DNA of 64,000 bases from Candidatus Coprenecus pullicola (GCA_018711925.1 DVHR01000001.1:47-64046); one strand, 5' to 3'; shown: positions 46,598 through 57,639, numbered from the stretch's first letter. The notes: generated by a model not told the origin, from the sequence alone. Numbers and translations: made by a program.

Positions 46598-48835
46598 ATG
46601 AGACATATTACTGCATTCACACTGTTCTTCACGCTGGCGGCCATGGCGGCATACACTGCTACGGCCCAGAGCGGCAGGCTCACACTGGAAGACATATACA
46701 AAAACCACGAATACGCGGCAAAAGGCATCACAGCCTTCAGATGGACCGATGACGGCCACTCGTTCCTGACTCTGGAGAAAGACTCAGCGACAAACGGACA
46801 GAATCTGGTCCTCAACGACATCAGAACCGGAGAGAAGACTATCGCCGTAGCTGCGTCAAGTCTCATTCCAGAAGGATGCGGAAATCCATTGCCAATAGAC
46901 GGATACAGTTGGTCGGCAGACCACTCCATGCTGCTGATATACACCAACTCCCAACGTGTGTGGAGGACAGCCAAAAGAGGCGACTACTGGCTCTACATAC
47001 CCGCTTCCGGAGAGTTGCGCCAACTGGGACGGCCTGACTTCGAGCCTGCATCGATGCAGTTCGCCAAGTTCTCTCCCGACGGAACAATGATCGCCTACGT
47101 ATATAAGAACAACCTGTTCGTGGAAAGCCTGGCCGACGGCTCGGTACGCCAACTTACCTTCGACGGCAACGACGAGATCATCAACGGACAGTTCGACTGG
47201 GTCTATGAGGAGGAGCTGCACCAGCAGGACGGCTGGCGCTGGAGTCCCGACAGCCGCAGCATCGCATACTGGCAGTTCGACACCCGCGGTACGGGCACAT
47301 TCTATATGATAGACAACATCGACTCGGTATATTCCACTGTCATTCCACTGCCCTATCCCAAAGCCGGCACCACCAACTCCGCTGCCCGTATCGGCGTAGT
47401 GGACGTGGACATTGACGGGCCTCAGACCCGCTGGCTGGCCATTCCCGGAGATCCAAGAGACAATTACCTGGCCCGGATGGAGTTCGTTCCGGGTACTGAC
47501 AGACTGATGATCCAGCAGCTCAACCGCCTGCAGAACACCGACAGGGTATACTATGCGGACATCCGGACCATGGAACTGGACAATTTCATGACAGAGTCCG
47601 ACGAGGCATTTCTCGATGTCCACGACGACATAGTCTGGCTGAACAACGGAAAACACTTCACCTGGACCAGCGAACGGGACGGATGGAGACACCTCTACAG
47701 AATATCCAGTGACGGCAGCGAAGTCTCCCTCATCACCAAAGGAGACTTTGATGTCATAGATGTGGTGAGAATCGACCCTGAGAGCGGATGGGTGTACTAC
47801 ATCGCATCTCCGGACAGCCCGGTAGACAGATATCTCTACCGCAGTCGCCTGGACGGCCGTGGCAAGACCGAGCGGATTACTCCAGCCGACGCGCCCGCGG
47901 GCCATCACGGCTACATGATATCCCCCGATGCCAAGTACGCCATGCACACCTTCAGCAACAGCGAGACCCCTACCGTCTACGAGATAGTCACACTGCCCGG
48001 ACACAAGACTGTCCGCACCCTGGAGGACAACCATGAACTGGCAGAGAGATTCGCCGCCGTCAACCCCGGGGCCAAGGAATTTTTCCGGGTGGACATCGGC
48101 GATGTGGTCCTGGACGGATGGATGATCAAGCCAACCGGATTTGACTCCACCGCAAAATACCCGGTCATCTTCTACATCTACGGCGAGCCCTGGCAATCCA
48201 CAGTCCAGAACTCTTGGAGCGGAGGTGACCTGTGGAGCCGCTTCCTGGCACAGGAAGGCTACATCGTCATGAGCATCGACCCGCGTGGAGTGGCCACACC
48301 GAGAGGCCGCCAGTGGCGCAAATGCGTCTACGGCAAAGTCGGCATCATACCGCCGGCGGACCATGCGGCAGCCGTGACCAAGCTCCTTCAGACCTACAGC
48401 TTCATGGACCCGGACCGTATCGGCATCTGGGGCTGGAGCGGAGGAGGCTCGTCCACCGCACATCTGATGTTCAAATACCCCTCTATCTACTCAACAGGGA
48501 TAGCCGTGGCCGGAGTATATTCCCAGTACCTCTACGACACCATTTACCAGGAAAGGTACATGGGGCTGCCCTCCACCAATCCGCAGGGATTCCATGACGG
48601 CTCTCCCATCAATTTCGCCGGAGGGCTGAAAGGCAACCTGCTGCTGATTCACGGCACGGGAGACGACAATGTCCACTACCAGAGCTGCGAGATGCTGGTC
48701 AACGAGCTCATCCGCCAGAACAAGATGTTCGACATGCTCTCCTACCCCATGCGCTCGCACAGCATCAACGAGAGGGAGAACACCACATACCACCTCTATC
48801 AGTATATGTTCAGATACTGGGAGGAACACTTATAA
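46598..48835 (+). CDS. Dipeptidyl-peptidase IV (S9B family)
   Basis: 745 aa with a signal peptide and a beta-propeller N-terminal half (DWVYEEE). Catalytic GWSGGG and GTGDDNVH are present. Confidence 0.9.
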   Translation: MRHITAFTLFFTLAAMAAYTATAQSGRLTLEDIYKNHEYAAKGITAFRWTDDGHSFLTLEKDSATNGQNLVLNDIRTGEKTIAVAASSLIPEGCGNPLPIDGYSWSADHSMLLIYTNSQRVWRTAKRGDYWLYIPASGELRQLGRPDFEPASMQFAKFSPDGTMIAYVYKNNLFVESLADGSVRQLTFDGNDEIINGQFDWVYEEELHQQDGWRWSPDSRSIAYWQFDTRGTGTFYMIDNIDSVYSTVIPLPYPKAGTTNSAARIGVVDVDIDGPQTRWLAIPGDPRDNYLARMEFVPGTDRLMIQQLNRLQNTDRVYYADIRTMELDNFMTESDEAFLDVHDDIVWLNNGKHFTWTSERDGWRHLYRISSDGSEVSLITKGDFDVIDVVRIDPESGWVYYIASPDSPVDRYLYRSRLDGRGKTERITPADAPAGHHGYMISPDAKYAMHTFSNSETPTVYEIVTLPGHKTVRTLEDNHELAERFAAVNPGAKEFFRVDIGDVVLDGWMIKPTGFDSTAKYPVIFYIYGEPWQSTVQNSWSGGDLWSRFLAQEGYIVMSIDPRGVATPRGRQWRKCVYGKVGIIPPADHAAAVTKLLQTYSFMDPDRIGIWGWSGGGSSTAHLMFKYPSIYSTGIAVAGVYSQYLYDTIYQERYMGLPSTNPQGFHDGSPINFAGGLKGNLLLIHGTGDDNVHYQSCEMLVNELIRQNKMFDMLSYPMRSHSINERENTTYHLYQYMFRYWEEHL

Positions 48836-48862
48836 CAGTCATTCTCCACCAGACATCAGATT

Positions 48863-49201
48863 ATGGAAGATTACTTTAAGAATGTGGAATGCGCCGTTAC
48901 TGTGTGCGACACCGAGTGCGTAATCGTATACCAGAACGAGAAGTCCGTGGCAGTGAACGGAGACATGCGGGGCCGCTGCATGCTCGGCTGCCACAATGAC
49001 CGCTCCCGCGGCATAATCGCCCGCATCCTCACAGAAGGCATCACCAACTCGTACACCATCAGCAAGAAGGGCCAGCGCAAGATCATCCATCAGACCCCAT
49101 GGTACAAGGATGCCGCAGACGGCTCCGGCAAGACTGTCGCAGGCATCATCGAGCTTTCCATCGTCATCCCCGAGCGGATGCCCCACTACGACCGAGGCTA
49201 A
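48863..49201 (+). CDS. Small PAS-domain protein
   Basis: 112 aa. CAVTVCDTECVIVYQNEKS...GCHNDRSRGII is reminiscent of stand-alone PAS proteins. This is a call from memory only. Confidence 0.5.
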   Translation: MEDYFKNVECAVTVCDTECVIVYQNEKSVAVNGDMRGRCMLGCHNDRSRGIIARILTEGITNSYTISKKGQRKIIHQTPWYKDAADGSGKTVAGIIELSIVIPERMPHYDRG

Positions 49202-50094
49202 TCAGTTTGTGGCTATGGCAACGAACTCGGTAACTTACTACGGTGACAAAACATGTGAGGTCCGTGGTGGCTGACCACTGAGACGGAATATGAATATCCG
49301 CAAACTTACTCCATTCCCTGGCGGCACGTCTGTCTTTCAAGCCATCCTGCAGCATAGCAGTCACACATTCTGACAGCATGAAGACACAATGGACGCCACG
49401 TCAGGAATCCATGTTGCCGTGCATGTCACCCATAAAGCAGCCCACAGTTTATTAAGGCGCTGATATCCAAATCAATACCGTAAAATATGCTGCGCTATGG
49501 CCTGTTTTTTCAAGCCATAGCACAACCGGCACATTCAGAACACACTGATTAAAAGCGCTTTAAGCATAACGCCCTTGCCCTATGGTACACGGAAATAGAA
49601 TACGCCCGGCTTCCTTTAGCATTTAAGCTTAAGCCATCAGCTCAGGGATAGTTAGTAAAACTTATGGCAAGGAAGTATCTATTTTCTCTCAGATGTTTCC
49701 CAGGCATCCGGAAATTTGAAGCACCGGTGCGATCCATCGGAAATAGCATCTGATTTACAATAAGTTATATGACGTCCTGCACCACAGACAGGTTTTAAAA
49801 GGGCCTGAAGGGGCAACGTTTCCCGTAACTCATTGGTACTCAGAGAGGCTATTTGAAAGAGCGCACCGCCGCTTCAGTTTTTCACATTCGTGTTTGAGTC
49901 TCAGGCGAGCCAGGTGTCAAGAACGGCGATACTGTCGGAAGCCTCAATAGAATCAGCGATTTAGTACCGTCAGAGACATCTCACGGCATATTTCTTATTT
50001 GGAGAATGGATTTTAAATATCTACTTTAGCATCACCGTATTTATTGAGTACGGAAAACAACATTAATTTAACTTTAATCAATTTTTCTGGTATC

Positions 50095-50967
50095 ATGAAC
50101 GACAGATATGAGTTGAACAAAAACCTGGCCCAGATGCTCAAAGGCGGAGTAATCATGGACGTGACCACTCCTGAGCAGGCTAAAATCGCAGAACAGGCCG
50201 GAGCTGCGGCCGTAATGGCCCTGGAGCGTATCCCCGCGGACATCAGAGCCGCCGGAGGCGTATCCCGCATGAGCGACCCTAAGATGATACGCGGTATCCA
50301 GAACGCGGTCAGCATTCCTGTCATGGCAAAGGTCCGCATCGGACACTTCGTAGAGGCCCAGATACTCCAGGCCCTGGAGATCGACTACATAGACGAGAGC
50401 GAGGTGCTCTCTCCCGCTGACGGAGTCTATCACATCGACAAGACCAAATTCCGTGTACCGTTCGTCTGCGGAGCGAAGAATCTTGGCGAGGCCCTGCGCC
50501 GCATAGCAGAGGGAGCCTCGATGATCCGCACCAAGGGCGAGCCGGGCACAGGTGACGTAATACAGGCCGTGACCCACATGCGCAGCATGATGCGCGACAT
50601 CCGCCGTCTCCAGGCCCTGCCCGAAGACGAGCTGTACAACGAGGCAAAGGAGCTGGAAGTGCCCTACGACCTGGTCAAATACGTACACGAGAACGGCAAG
50701 CTGCCCGTTGTGAATTTCGCCGCAGGCGGAGTGGCCACCCCTGCTGACGCCGCCCTGATGATGCAGCTCGGAGCAGAGGGTGTCTTCGTAGGCTCAGGCA
50801 TCTTCAAGTCAGGCAACCCCGAGAAGAGAGCCAAGGCTATCGTCAATGCCGTGACCAACTACAATGACGCCGCCCTGCTGGCAGAAGTGTCCACAGACCT
50901 CGGCGAGGCAATGGTGGGCATCAACGAGGAGGAGATCACCATCCTCATGGCTGAGAGAGGCAAGTAA
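50095..50967 (+). CDS. pdxS: Pyridoxal 5'-phosphate synthase lyase subunit
   Basis: 290 aa counted from [23 protein letters not shown] (the track start at 50044 is a TTG extension). Contains [10 protein letters not shown] and [16 protein letters not shown]. Confidence 0.95.
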   Translation: MNDRYELNKNLAQMLKGGVIMDVTTPEQAKIAEQAGAAAVMALERIPADIRAAGGVSRMSDPKMIRGIQNAVSIPVMAKVRIGHFVEAQILQALEIDYIDESEVLSPADGVYHIDKTKFRVPFVCGAKNLGEALRRIAEGASMIRTKGEPGTGDVIQAVTHMRSMMRDIRRLQALPEDELYNEAKELEVPYDLVKYVHENGKLPVVNFAAGGVATPADAALMMQLGAEGVFVGSGIFKSGNPEKRAKAIVNAVTNYNDAALLAEVSTDLGEAMVGINEEEITILMAERGK

Positions 50968-50982
50968 CAATCCGTTGACAGA

Positions 50983-51564
50983 ATGCACAGAATAGGTATT
51001 CTGGCTCTACAAGGGGCCTTCCTCGAGCATGGGCGGATGCTGGAAGGCCTCGGCGTGGAGCACTTCGAGATACGGCAGCTGAGCGACCTTGAGCAGCCGA
51101 TGGACGGGCTTATCCTCCCAGGAGGCGAGAGCACGGCCATGGGCAAACTGATGGACTGCCTCGATATGCGGGAGCCTCTGAGAGAGCGCATAATGTCCGG
51201 CCTGCCAGTTTTCGGCACCTGTGCCGGCATGATCCTGCTGGCAGTAGACCTGGGTGACGAGCCGCGCCGCTTCCTGCAGACCATGGACATCCGCGTGCTG
51301 CGCAACGCCTACGGCCGGCAGCTCGGCAGCTTCTTCACCCGCAGCACCTTCGCCGGAATGGAGGACGTGCCCATGACATTTATCCGCGCTCCCTACATCG
51401 AGCGGACAACTGCCCCGGACGTGGAGGTCCTAGCCACTGTGGACGGCCACATCGTAGCCGCCCGCCAGCGCAACATGCTCGCCACTTCCTTCCACCCTGA
51501 GCTGAACGACGACCCGCGCATCCACCGCTGGTTCATAGACAACCTTATAGAAAAGCCGGAATAG
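50983..51564 (+). CDS. pdxT: Pyridoxal 5'-phosphate synthase glutaminase subunit
   Basis: 193 aa. Contains IGILALQGAFLEH, the nucleophile motif GTCAGMILL, and FHPEL. Confidence 0.9.
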   Translation: MHRIGILALQGAFLEHGRMLEGLGVEHFEIRQLSDLEQPMDGLILPGGESTAMGKLMDCLDMREPLRERIMSGLPVFGTCAGMILLAVDLGDEPRRFLQTMDIRVLRNAYGRQLGSFFTRSTFAGMEDVPMTFIRAPYIERTTAPDVEVLATVDGHIVAARQRNMLATSFHPELNDDPRIHRWFIDNLIEKPE

Positions 51565-51580
51565 ACTCCGGCTTTTTTAT
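51554..51580 (+). terminator. Rho-independent terminator after pdxT
   Basis: AGCCGGA-atagac-TCCGGCT followed by TTTTT. The stop codon lies in the loop. Confidence 0.7.
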
Positions 51581-51636
51581 TTCGGGATAATGGATTAACT
51601 TTGTGCTGCCGACATAAACCGAAGGAGGAACACGCC

Positions 51637-53232
51637 ATGATGAAATACCCGATAGGAATTCAGAGTTTTGAAAGAATTATCAAGGAAGGCTATGTCTATG
51701 TCGATAAGACAGAGCTGATTTACAAATTGATAAAAGGAGGCTCCATTTACTTCCTGAGCCGCCCGCGCAGGTTCGGCAAGAGCCTGCTGATGTCTACCAT
51801 TGAGAACTATTTCCACGGAAGAAAGGAACTGTTCAGTGGACTGGCCATGGAGGCGCTGGAGAAGGAGTGGCTGGAGTACCCGGTGTTCCATATCGACTTC
51901 AACGGCGGAAATTTCAAGGAAGCGGGGATTCTGGAGAGTGTTCTAGAAGATACAGTCTCGGCCTGGGAGAGGAAATATCCCCCTGCGGACAGATACACCG
52001 GCGCGGGAAGACGCTTCCAGGAAGTATTGCGGATTGCGCACGAACGCACTGGCCGCAGGTGCGTGGTGCTCATCGACGAATACGACAAGCCCCTGCTGGA
52101 CGTGCTGGAGACGGGACTCAACACTGTCATTGACGGGCAGGAAAGGCTGCTGGAGGAATGGCACAAGGATGTTCTGAGAGGCTTCTACTCGGTGTTCAAG
52201 GCCGCTGACGCCGACCTGCAGTTCGTGCTGCTCACTGGAGTCACAAAGTTCGCGCAGGTAAGCGTCTTCAGCGGGTTCAACCAGCCGAAGGACATCAGCA
52301 TGGACAGCCGGTACGACACGCTCTGCGGAATCACACAGGCTGAACTGGAAAGCTATTTCAAGGAACCGATAAGGGCAATGGCCGCGGTTGAAGGAATCAG
52401 TCCGCAGGAAGAAATTGACGTACTGAAGCACCGTTACGACGGATATCACTTCAGCACCGGCATGACGGACATTTACAACCCCTACAGTCTCCTCAACGCT
52501 TTCGACAAACTGGAAATCAGGAACTATTGGTTCGTCTCAGGCACCCCGGAGTACCTTATACGGCTGCTGTCACACAGTGAGGAGAATCTGGAAGATCTTG
52601 TCAATGCAGAGTATCCGCCGGAGGCTTTCGCCGACTACAAGGCCACGGCGGAGATGCCGCTCCCCATGATTTACCAGAGCGGATACCTGACCATCAAGGG
52701 ATATGACCGGGAGACCGAGCTGTTCAGGCTGGACTTCCCGAACGAGGAGGTACGCCGAGGATTCCTCGCCATGCTGGCTTCAGGATACATCAGCAGGTCC
52801 GGCGCAAGGATGGTAAGCTGGGCCGCAAATGTCCGGAACGCACTGAACAAGGGCAAAATCGATGGACTCAGGGAGCACTTGGAGTCCCTGCTGTCCGATA
52901 TACCGTACAGCATCCGGTGCAGCAGGGCTGACGGGGAGGCCAGGGAGAGGGATTTCCAGTACACTTTCTACCTCATATTCCGTATGCTCGGAGGATGGAA
53001 GGTATATGCCGAAAAAGCCTCGGGACAGGGCCGCGCCGACTGCGTCGTGGAGACAGACAGGTACGTCTACATCTTCGAGTTCAAACTGGACGGCACGGCG
53101 GAGGAGGCCCTGCGCCAGATAGAGGAGAAAGGCTACGACAGGCCCTATGCCGCCGACTCCAGGAAGGTATTCCGCATCGGTGCCTCTTTCTCCTCCGCCA
53201 CCGGCAACATCGGGGACTGGCAGACCGCTTAG
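51637..53232 (+). CDS. AAA-ATPase-like / PD-(D/E)XK (PDDEXK_9) family protein
   Basis: 531 aa counted from MMKYPIGIQSFERIIKEGYVYVDKT. Contains RPRRFGKSL and a C-terminal nuclease-like ADCVVETDRYVYIFEFK. Confidence 0.8.
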   Translation: MMKYPIGIQSFERIIKEGYVYVDKTELIYKLIKGGSIYFLSRPRRFGKSLLMSTIENYFHGRKELFSGLAMEALEKEWLEYPVFHIDFNGGNFKEAGILESVLEDTVSAWERKYPPADRYTGAGRRFQEVLRIAHERTGRRCVVLIDEYDKPLLDVLETGLNTVIDGQERLLEEWHKDVLRGFYSVFKAADADLQFVLLTGVTKFAQVSVFSGFNQPKDISMDSRYDTLCGITQAELESYFKEPIRAMAAVEGISPQEEIDVLKHRYDGYHFSTGMTDIYNPYSLLNAFDKLEIRNYWFVSGTPEYLIRLLSHSEENLEDLVNAEYPPEAFADYKATAEMPLPMIYQSGYLTIKGYDRETELFRLDFPNEEVRRGFLAMLASGYISRSGARMVSWAANVRNALNKGKIDGLREHLESLLSDIPYSIRCSRADGEARERDFQYTFYLIFRMLGGWKVYAEKASGQGRADCVVETDRYVYIFEFKLDGTAEEALRQIEEKGYDRPYAADSRKVFRIGASFSSATGNIGDWQTA

Positions 53233-53342
53233 AATGCGCAATTTGGACTTCGTCCACATATACTGTTGTGCCCCGGCAATTGCAAGTAAACTTGCATTGC
53301 TCTCGGCTTCTGCGTATATTCGCAGCCGCAAAAGGAAGCTAT

Positions 53343-54128
53343 ATGATAAAAGCACTGTTTTTCGACATAGACGGAACGCTGGTGAGCTTCAGGACACACT
53401 CAGTCCCGGACTCTACTGTAAAGGCTCTCGCCGAAGCTAAAAATAAGGGCATCAAAATATTCATCTCCACAGGCAGGCCCAGGCCGCTCATCAACAACCT
53501 GGAGCCTATAGAGGACCTGATAGACGGCTACATCACAGTCAACGGAGCGATATGCACTGTCGGATCAGAGACCGTCTCACGCAGTCCCATAGACCCCAAA
53601 GACGTAAAGGTCATCCTCAACGCTGCGGACCGGATGGACGTACCGGCCCTGATAGTCGGTGAGGACAGGGCTATCGTACACAACCACAAGCCCATTGTAG
53701 ACCGTATCTTCGGCGGGATGCTGGCCATAACCGGGATCGACCGGAACACCGCTACGGAACAGATGCTGACAGAGCCGATATACCAGATGACCCCGTTCTT
53801 CAACACAGCCCAGGAAGCGGAGGTGGCACGGCTGCTCCGTCACTCCGAATCCACCCGCTGGTGCGAATATTTCTCGGATATAATATCCTCCGATGCCGAC
53901 AAGGGAAGGGGGCTGGAAATCATAGCCGGACATGAGGGGCTGAGACTGGACGAATGCATGGCATTCGGAGACGGAGGCAATGATATCTCTATATTGAGAA
54001 AGGCCGGCACCGGAGTGGCCATGGGCAATGCCGGAGTAACGGTAAAGGCTGCCGCGGACTACGTGACCGACACCATAGACAGCGACGGGGTCGCCAACGC
54101 ACTCAGGCATTTCAAGGTAACAGCATAG
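53343..54128 (+). CDS. Cof-type HAD-IIB family hydrolase
   Basis: 261 aa counted from MIKALFFDIDGTL (the track ORF from 52995 overlaps the previous gene). GDGGND motif present. Confidence 0.85.
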   Translation: MIKALFFDIDGTLVSFRTHSVPDSTVKALAEAKNKGIKIFISTGRPRPLINNLEPIEDLIDGYITVNGAICTVGSETVSRSPIDPKDVKVILNAADRMDVPALIVGEDRAIVHNHKPIVDRIFGGMLAITGIDRNTATEQMLTEPIYQMTPFFNTAQEAEVARLLRHSESTRWCEYFSDIISSDADKGRGLEIIAGHEGLRLDECMAFGDGGNDISILRKAGTGVAMGNAGVTVKAAADYVTDTIDSDGVANALRHFKVTA

Positions 54129-54249
54129 TTTCCAGTCATCAGCGGGCGTGTCACCACGACGGGCATGGCTACAATAGTGAGATCCCGGCCGGAGTGACTG
54201 CTCGATTCCCAATCCAATAGTCATCAAAAGAAAAAAGCAAGCAAGGAAA

Positions 54250-55095
54250 ATGGACAACAAGAAAGATTTTGCGAAAGTATTCATGATCGCCGGCAGTGAG
54301 CCGCTCGGCTGCTGCGGTATCCAGGCAGACATCAAGGCCGTCTCGGCGTGCGGAGGATTCGCAGCCGGAGCCACCACCCTGCTGGTAGACATGAACACGA
54401 CTCACGTCAAGGGCATCCACACCATCCCGGTGGACATCATACTGAACCAGAGCCGGGACTTCCTGGACGACGTCGGAGCGGACTGCATCAAGACCGGTAT
54501 GCTGTACGAAAAGCAGATAGTGGAGGCTGTGGCAGGCCTGCTGCGGGAGTATCCCGACGTGCCGAAGGTCATCGACCCGGTGATGGTAGACTCTGGCGGC
54601 CGGGCACTCATCCTGCAGGAGTCGATAGACGCTTATCGCGCGCTGCTCTTCCCCCAGGCCGAGATCATCACTCCAAACATCCATGAAGCCCGCGTCCTGG
54701 CCGGCGAGACCATAACCCTCGACAAGGTGGACAGGCTCATCAGGAAGATAGCCGAGGCAGGCTGCTCCGTAATCATCAAGTCGATACCCGACGGGGAGAA
54801 TCTCATCGACGTACTCTACAACCGCCACAACGACACCATAAGACGATTCTCAAAACGTCACATAGACACCCGCAACGTCAACGGCACCGGCGACACATTC
54901 GGCTCGGCCATAGCCACCTACATTGCCAGAAAGTACGACCTTGACACAGCTGTGGAAAGGGCCGAGATATTCATCAACGAATCCATAGCCAACGGCTCCT
55001 GCTACCGCTTCGGGCCAGGCTACGGACCGGTACATCCGTTCTACCGCACGATAGACTTCTTCGAGAAGGAAGACAGGAGCTACTCCTTGAAATAG
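54250..55095 (+). CDS. thiD: Hydroxymethylpyrimidine/phosphomethylpyrimidine kinase
   Basis: 281 aa. Contains GIQADIKA, IKTGML and NGTGDTFGSAIA (ribokinase-like anion hole). Confidence 0.8.
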   Translation: MDNKKDFAKVFMIAGSEPLGCCGIQADIKAVSACGGFAAGATTLLVDMNTTHVKGIHTIPVDIILNQSRDFLDDVGADCIKTGMLYEKQIVEAVAGLLREYPDVPKVIDPVMVDSGGRALILQESIDAYRALLFPQAEIITPNIHEARVLAGETITLDKVDRLIRKIAEAGCSVIIKSIPDGENLIDVLYNRHNDTIRRFSKRHIDTRNVNGTGDTFGSAIATYIARKYDLDTAVERAEIFINESIANGSCYRFGPGYGPVHPFYRTIDFFEKEDRSYSLK

Positions 55096-57491
55096 ACCCT
55101 CTTGACCCTGCGTGAAACGCTGGTAAGCACCTCATAGGGAATAGTGCCGAGCTTGTCGGAAAGTTCGGTGACGGGGATATCGTTTCCGAAAATCTCAACC
55201 TCGTCTCCCACTTGCGCACCCGTACCCGTCACATCCAGCATGCAGGCATCCATGCAGATATTGCCTAAAACAGGTACCCTCCTGCCGCACACCATCATCT
55301 CTCCCACCCCGCAGCTCAGATGACGGTCCAGTCCGTCGGCATAGCCTACCGGTATCACCGCGACATCCGATATACGGTCTACACGGCCCTTGCGCCCGTA
55401 GCCTACCGTCTGCTCAGGCGTGATTCGACGTATCGACGCAATATGAGTCTTGAACGTGCTGACAGGCCTCAGACCCGGCAGATCCCCTATGCCGTACAGA
55501 CCGATACCCATGCGCACCATGTCGAAGGCATACTGAGGAAAACGCTCTATGCCGGCACTGTTGAGTATGTGCCGCAGTATCTTATAGGGAAAATGCGGCT
55601 GCACCATTCCGGTCATCTCCTCAAAAAGCCTGATCTGCCCCAAAGTAAACTCATCCTCTGAAGGATCATCAGCCGCCGCCAGATGAGAGAACATACTGCG
55701 CAGCATCACCGTCCGCCGCCCTTTCATGAAACGCAGCAGCTCCGGTATGTCCGGCATGTCGAGTCCCGAGCGGTTCATCCCGGTGTTGAGCTTGAGGTGC
55801 ACAGGATAATCCTCTATGCCATGGCGGGCCAGGACAGCCTCGAAATCACGCAACAGCCCGAGAGAATATATCTCCGGCTCCAGTGAGAACTCTATCATCT
55901 GGTCAAATGCCTCCGGCTCAGGATTCATCACCGCTATCGGAACAGTAATGCCCCTTGAGCGCAATTCCACGCCTTCGTCAGCATACGCCACCATCAGATA
56001 GTCGGCTCCACTGTACTGCAGCTGCGAGGCTATCTCCCCTGCCCCGCTGCCATAAGAGAAGGCTTTCACCATGACGGCAAGCCTCGTACCTTTCGGCACC
56101 CTGTTGCGCAGCAGGTTGAAATTGCCAGCCAGGGCATCCAGATCCACCTCCAGGACAGTGGTGTGCGACTGACGGGCGAGAAAGCCGCCAATGTACTCGA
56201 AACGGAACTGCCTTGCTCCCTTGATGAGGATACCCATATCGCGATAATCTTCCCTCTTCTCACCGGCCAGGAATGCCTCAGTCGTATCATAGAACCTGGT
56301 CTGCGGCATATCGAAAAGTTCCCTGTAGCCGGACAGACACGGACCGACCCCTACAAAACGTGTAATTCCGGCATTACGGAGTTGAGAGGCCACTTCCCTG
56401 TACACCGAGCCGTCCCCCCCGTCCACATCCACGAAGTCGGACAGGATCACCGCCTTGGAACGGGCATTGTCCTGCACAGCCAAAGCCCTCAGGGCCAACG
56501 CAAACGAGGCCGGATCGGAATTATAGTAATCTTTAATGAGAGTACAGCCGTTGATGCCCTCACGTATCTCCATGCGCATGGCCACAGGCTGCAGGTCCGC
56601 CACTCTCGGAGCCAGCTGCTCCAATGTATAGCCGTGACAAAGCATGAACGTCACCGCCGTCATACAGTTCTCGAAAGAAGCCTCGTCGGCAAAGGGAATA
56701 CGCAACCTGCCCCGCTCCCCGGTACAGCCGGCATCCGGCACGGGACTGTCCACGCCAACCTCGATCTCCACATCCACCGCACCATCCACGGGAGTGCTGC
56801 CCAGCACCCTCACATCCGCCTCCGGAGACATTCCCCAGAGAAATACACGGGTCCGGGAACCGCATTGCTCCAGAATTATCCGCGCAGGCATCCCCTCCCG
56901 GCATATCACCGTCCTGCATCCCTCGAAAAGAAGAGCCTTCTCCCGCATTTTCGCCTCGGGCGAGGAAAAATTCTCGCTGTGCGCATCCCCTAAATGGGTG
57001 AATACCCCGATATCCGGTCGGATGATATCATGCAGCCTGAGCATCTCCCCCGGTCTTGAAATTCCGGCCTCAATAAGAGCGATACTGCTGTCGGGGGATA
57101 TTTCCAGGATGGACAATGGTACTCCGACCTGTGAATTGTAGCTGCGGGGACTGCGGCTCACCTGCATGTCCTCGCCAAGGAGCTGGGCTATCCACTCCTT
57201 GACCACAGTCTTGCCGTTGCTGCCCGTAATGGCGGTCACCTCCGCCCGGCACTGCCGCCTGTACTGCGCGGCATCCTCCTGCAGGGCCTCCAATGTATCT
57301 TCCACATATCTTACCGACGCACCGTCAAGGGCATCGAAGTCCGGTCTGCGCTCGCTCAGCACGAAATGCCTTACACCGCGGCCGTACAGCCGCTCCACAT
57401 AGTCATGCCCGTCATTGTTCTGCCCCTTGATGGCATAGAAAACAGTCTCGGCAGGACGGGTAACGCCTCGGCTGTCCACAGATATAATCAT
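55080..57491 (-). CDS. Bifunctional UDP-MurNAc-tripeptide--D-Ala-D-Ala ligase / alanine racemase
   Basis: 803 aa. The N-terminal half is a Mur ligase (ITGSNGKT). The C-terminal half is Alr with PLP-Lys context (MVKAFSYGSGAGE). This fusion is typical of Bacteroidota. Confidence 0.9.
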   Translation of the reverse strand: MIISVDSRGVTRPAETVFYAIKGQNNDGHDYVERLYGRGVRHFVLSERRPDFDALDGASVRYVEDTLEALQEDAAQYRRQCRAEVTAITGSNGKTVVKEWIAQLLGEDMQVSRSPRSYNSQVGVPLSILEISPDSSIALIEAGISRPGEMLRLHDIIRPDIGVFTHLGDAHSENFSSPEAKMREKALLFEGCRTVICREGMPARIILEQCGSRTRVFLWGMSPEADVRVLGSTPVDGAVDVEIEVGVDSPVPDAGCTGERGRLRIPFADEASFENCMTAVTFMLCHGYTLEQLAPRVADLQPVAMRMEIREGINGCTLIKDYYNSDPASFALALRALAVQDNARSKAVILSDFVDVDGGDGSVYREVASQLRNAGITRFVGVGPCLSGYRELFDMPQTRFYDTTEAFLAGEKREDYRDMGILIKGARQFRFEYIGGFLARQSHTTVLEVDLDALAGNFNLLRNRVPKGTRLAVMVKAFSYGSGAGEIASQLQYSGADYLMVAYADEGVELRSRGITVPIAVMNPEPEAFDQMIEFSLEPEIYSLGLLRDFEAVLARHGIEDYPVHLKLNTGMNRSGLDMPDIPELLRFMKGRRTVMLRSMFSHLAAADDPSEDEFTLGQIRLFEEMTGMVQPHFPYKILRHILNSAGIERFPQYAFDMVRMGIGLYGIGDLPGLRPVSTFKTHIASIRRITPEQTVGYGRKGRVDRISDVAVIPVGYADGLDRHLSCGVGEMMVCGRRVPVLGNICMDACMLDVTGTGAQVGDEVEIFGNDIPVTELSDKLGTIPYEVLTSVSRRVKRVYFKE

Positions 57492-57501
57492 GGGCGCAAA
57501 G

Positions 57502-57639
57502 TTAGTGCTTTTTGCGGAAGACTATCCTGAGACCAAGCAGGAAAATCAGGCCTCGGAAACACAGTTCCGCGCACATGGCTGTCCAGACCCCGGCCAGTCC
57601 CATTGCCGGAGCCAGCAGCCAGGCCAGCGACTGACGCAC
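57502..57639 (-). pseudogene. Remnant of the last TM helices of a MATE-type efflux transporter
   Basis: A 45-codon open frame with no start reads VRQSLAWLLAPAMGLAGVWTAMCAELCFRGLIFLLGLRIVFRKKH*. It is bounded upstream by an in-frame TGA. The resemblance to MATE C-termini is from memory. Confidence 0.4.

Noticed and set aside
54129-54249. A TPP riboswitch might lie upstream of thiD.
   Set aside because: Only a stray TGAGA is present. The CUGAGA...ACCUGAUCUGGAUAAUGCCAGCG core is absent.
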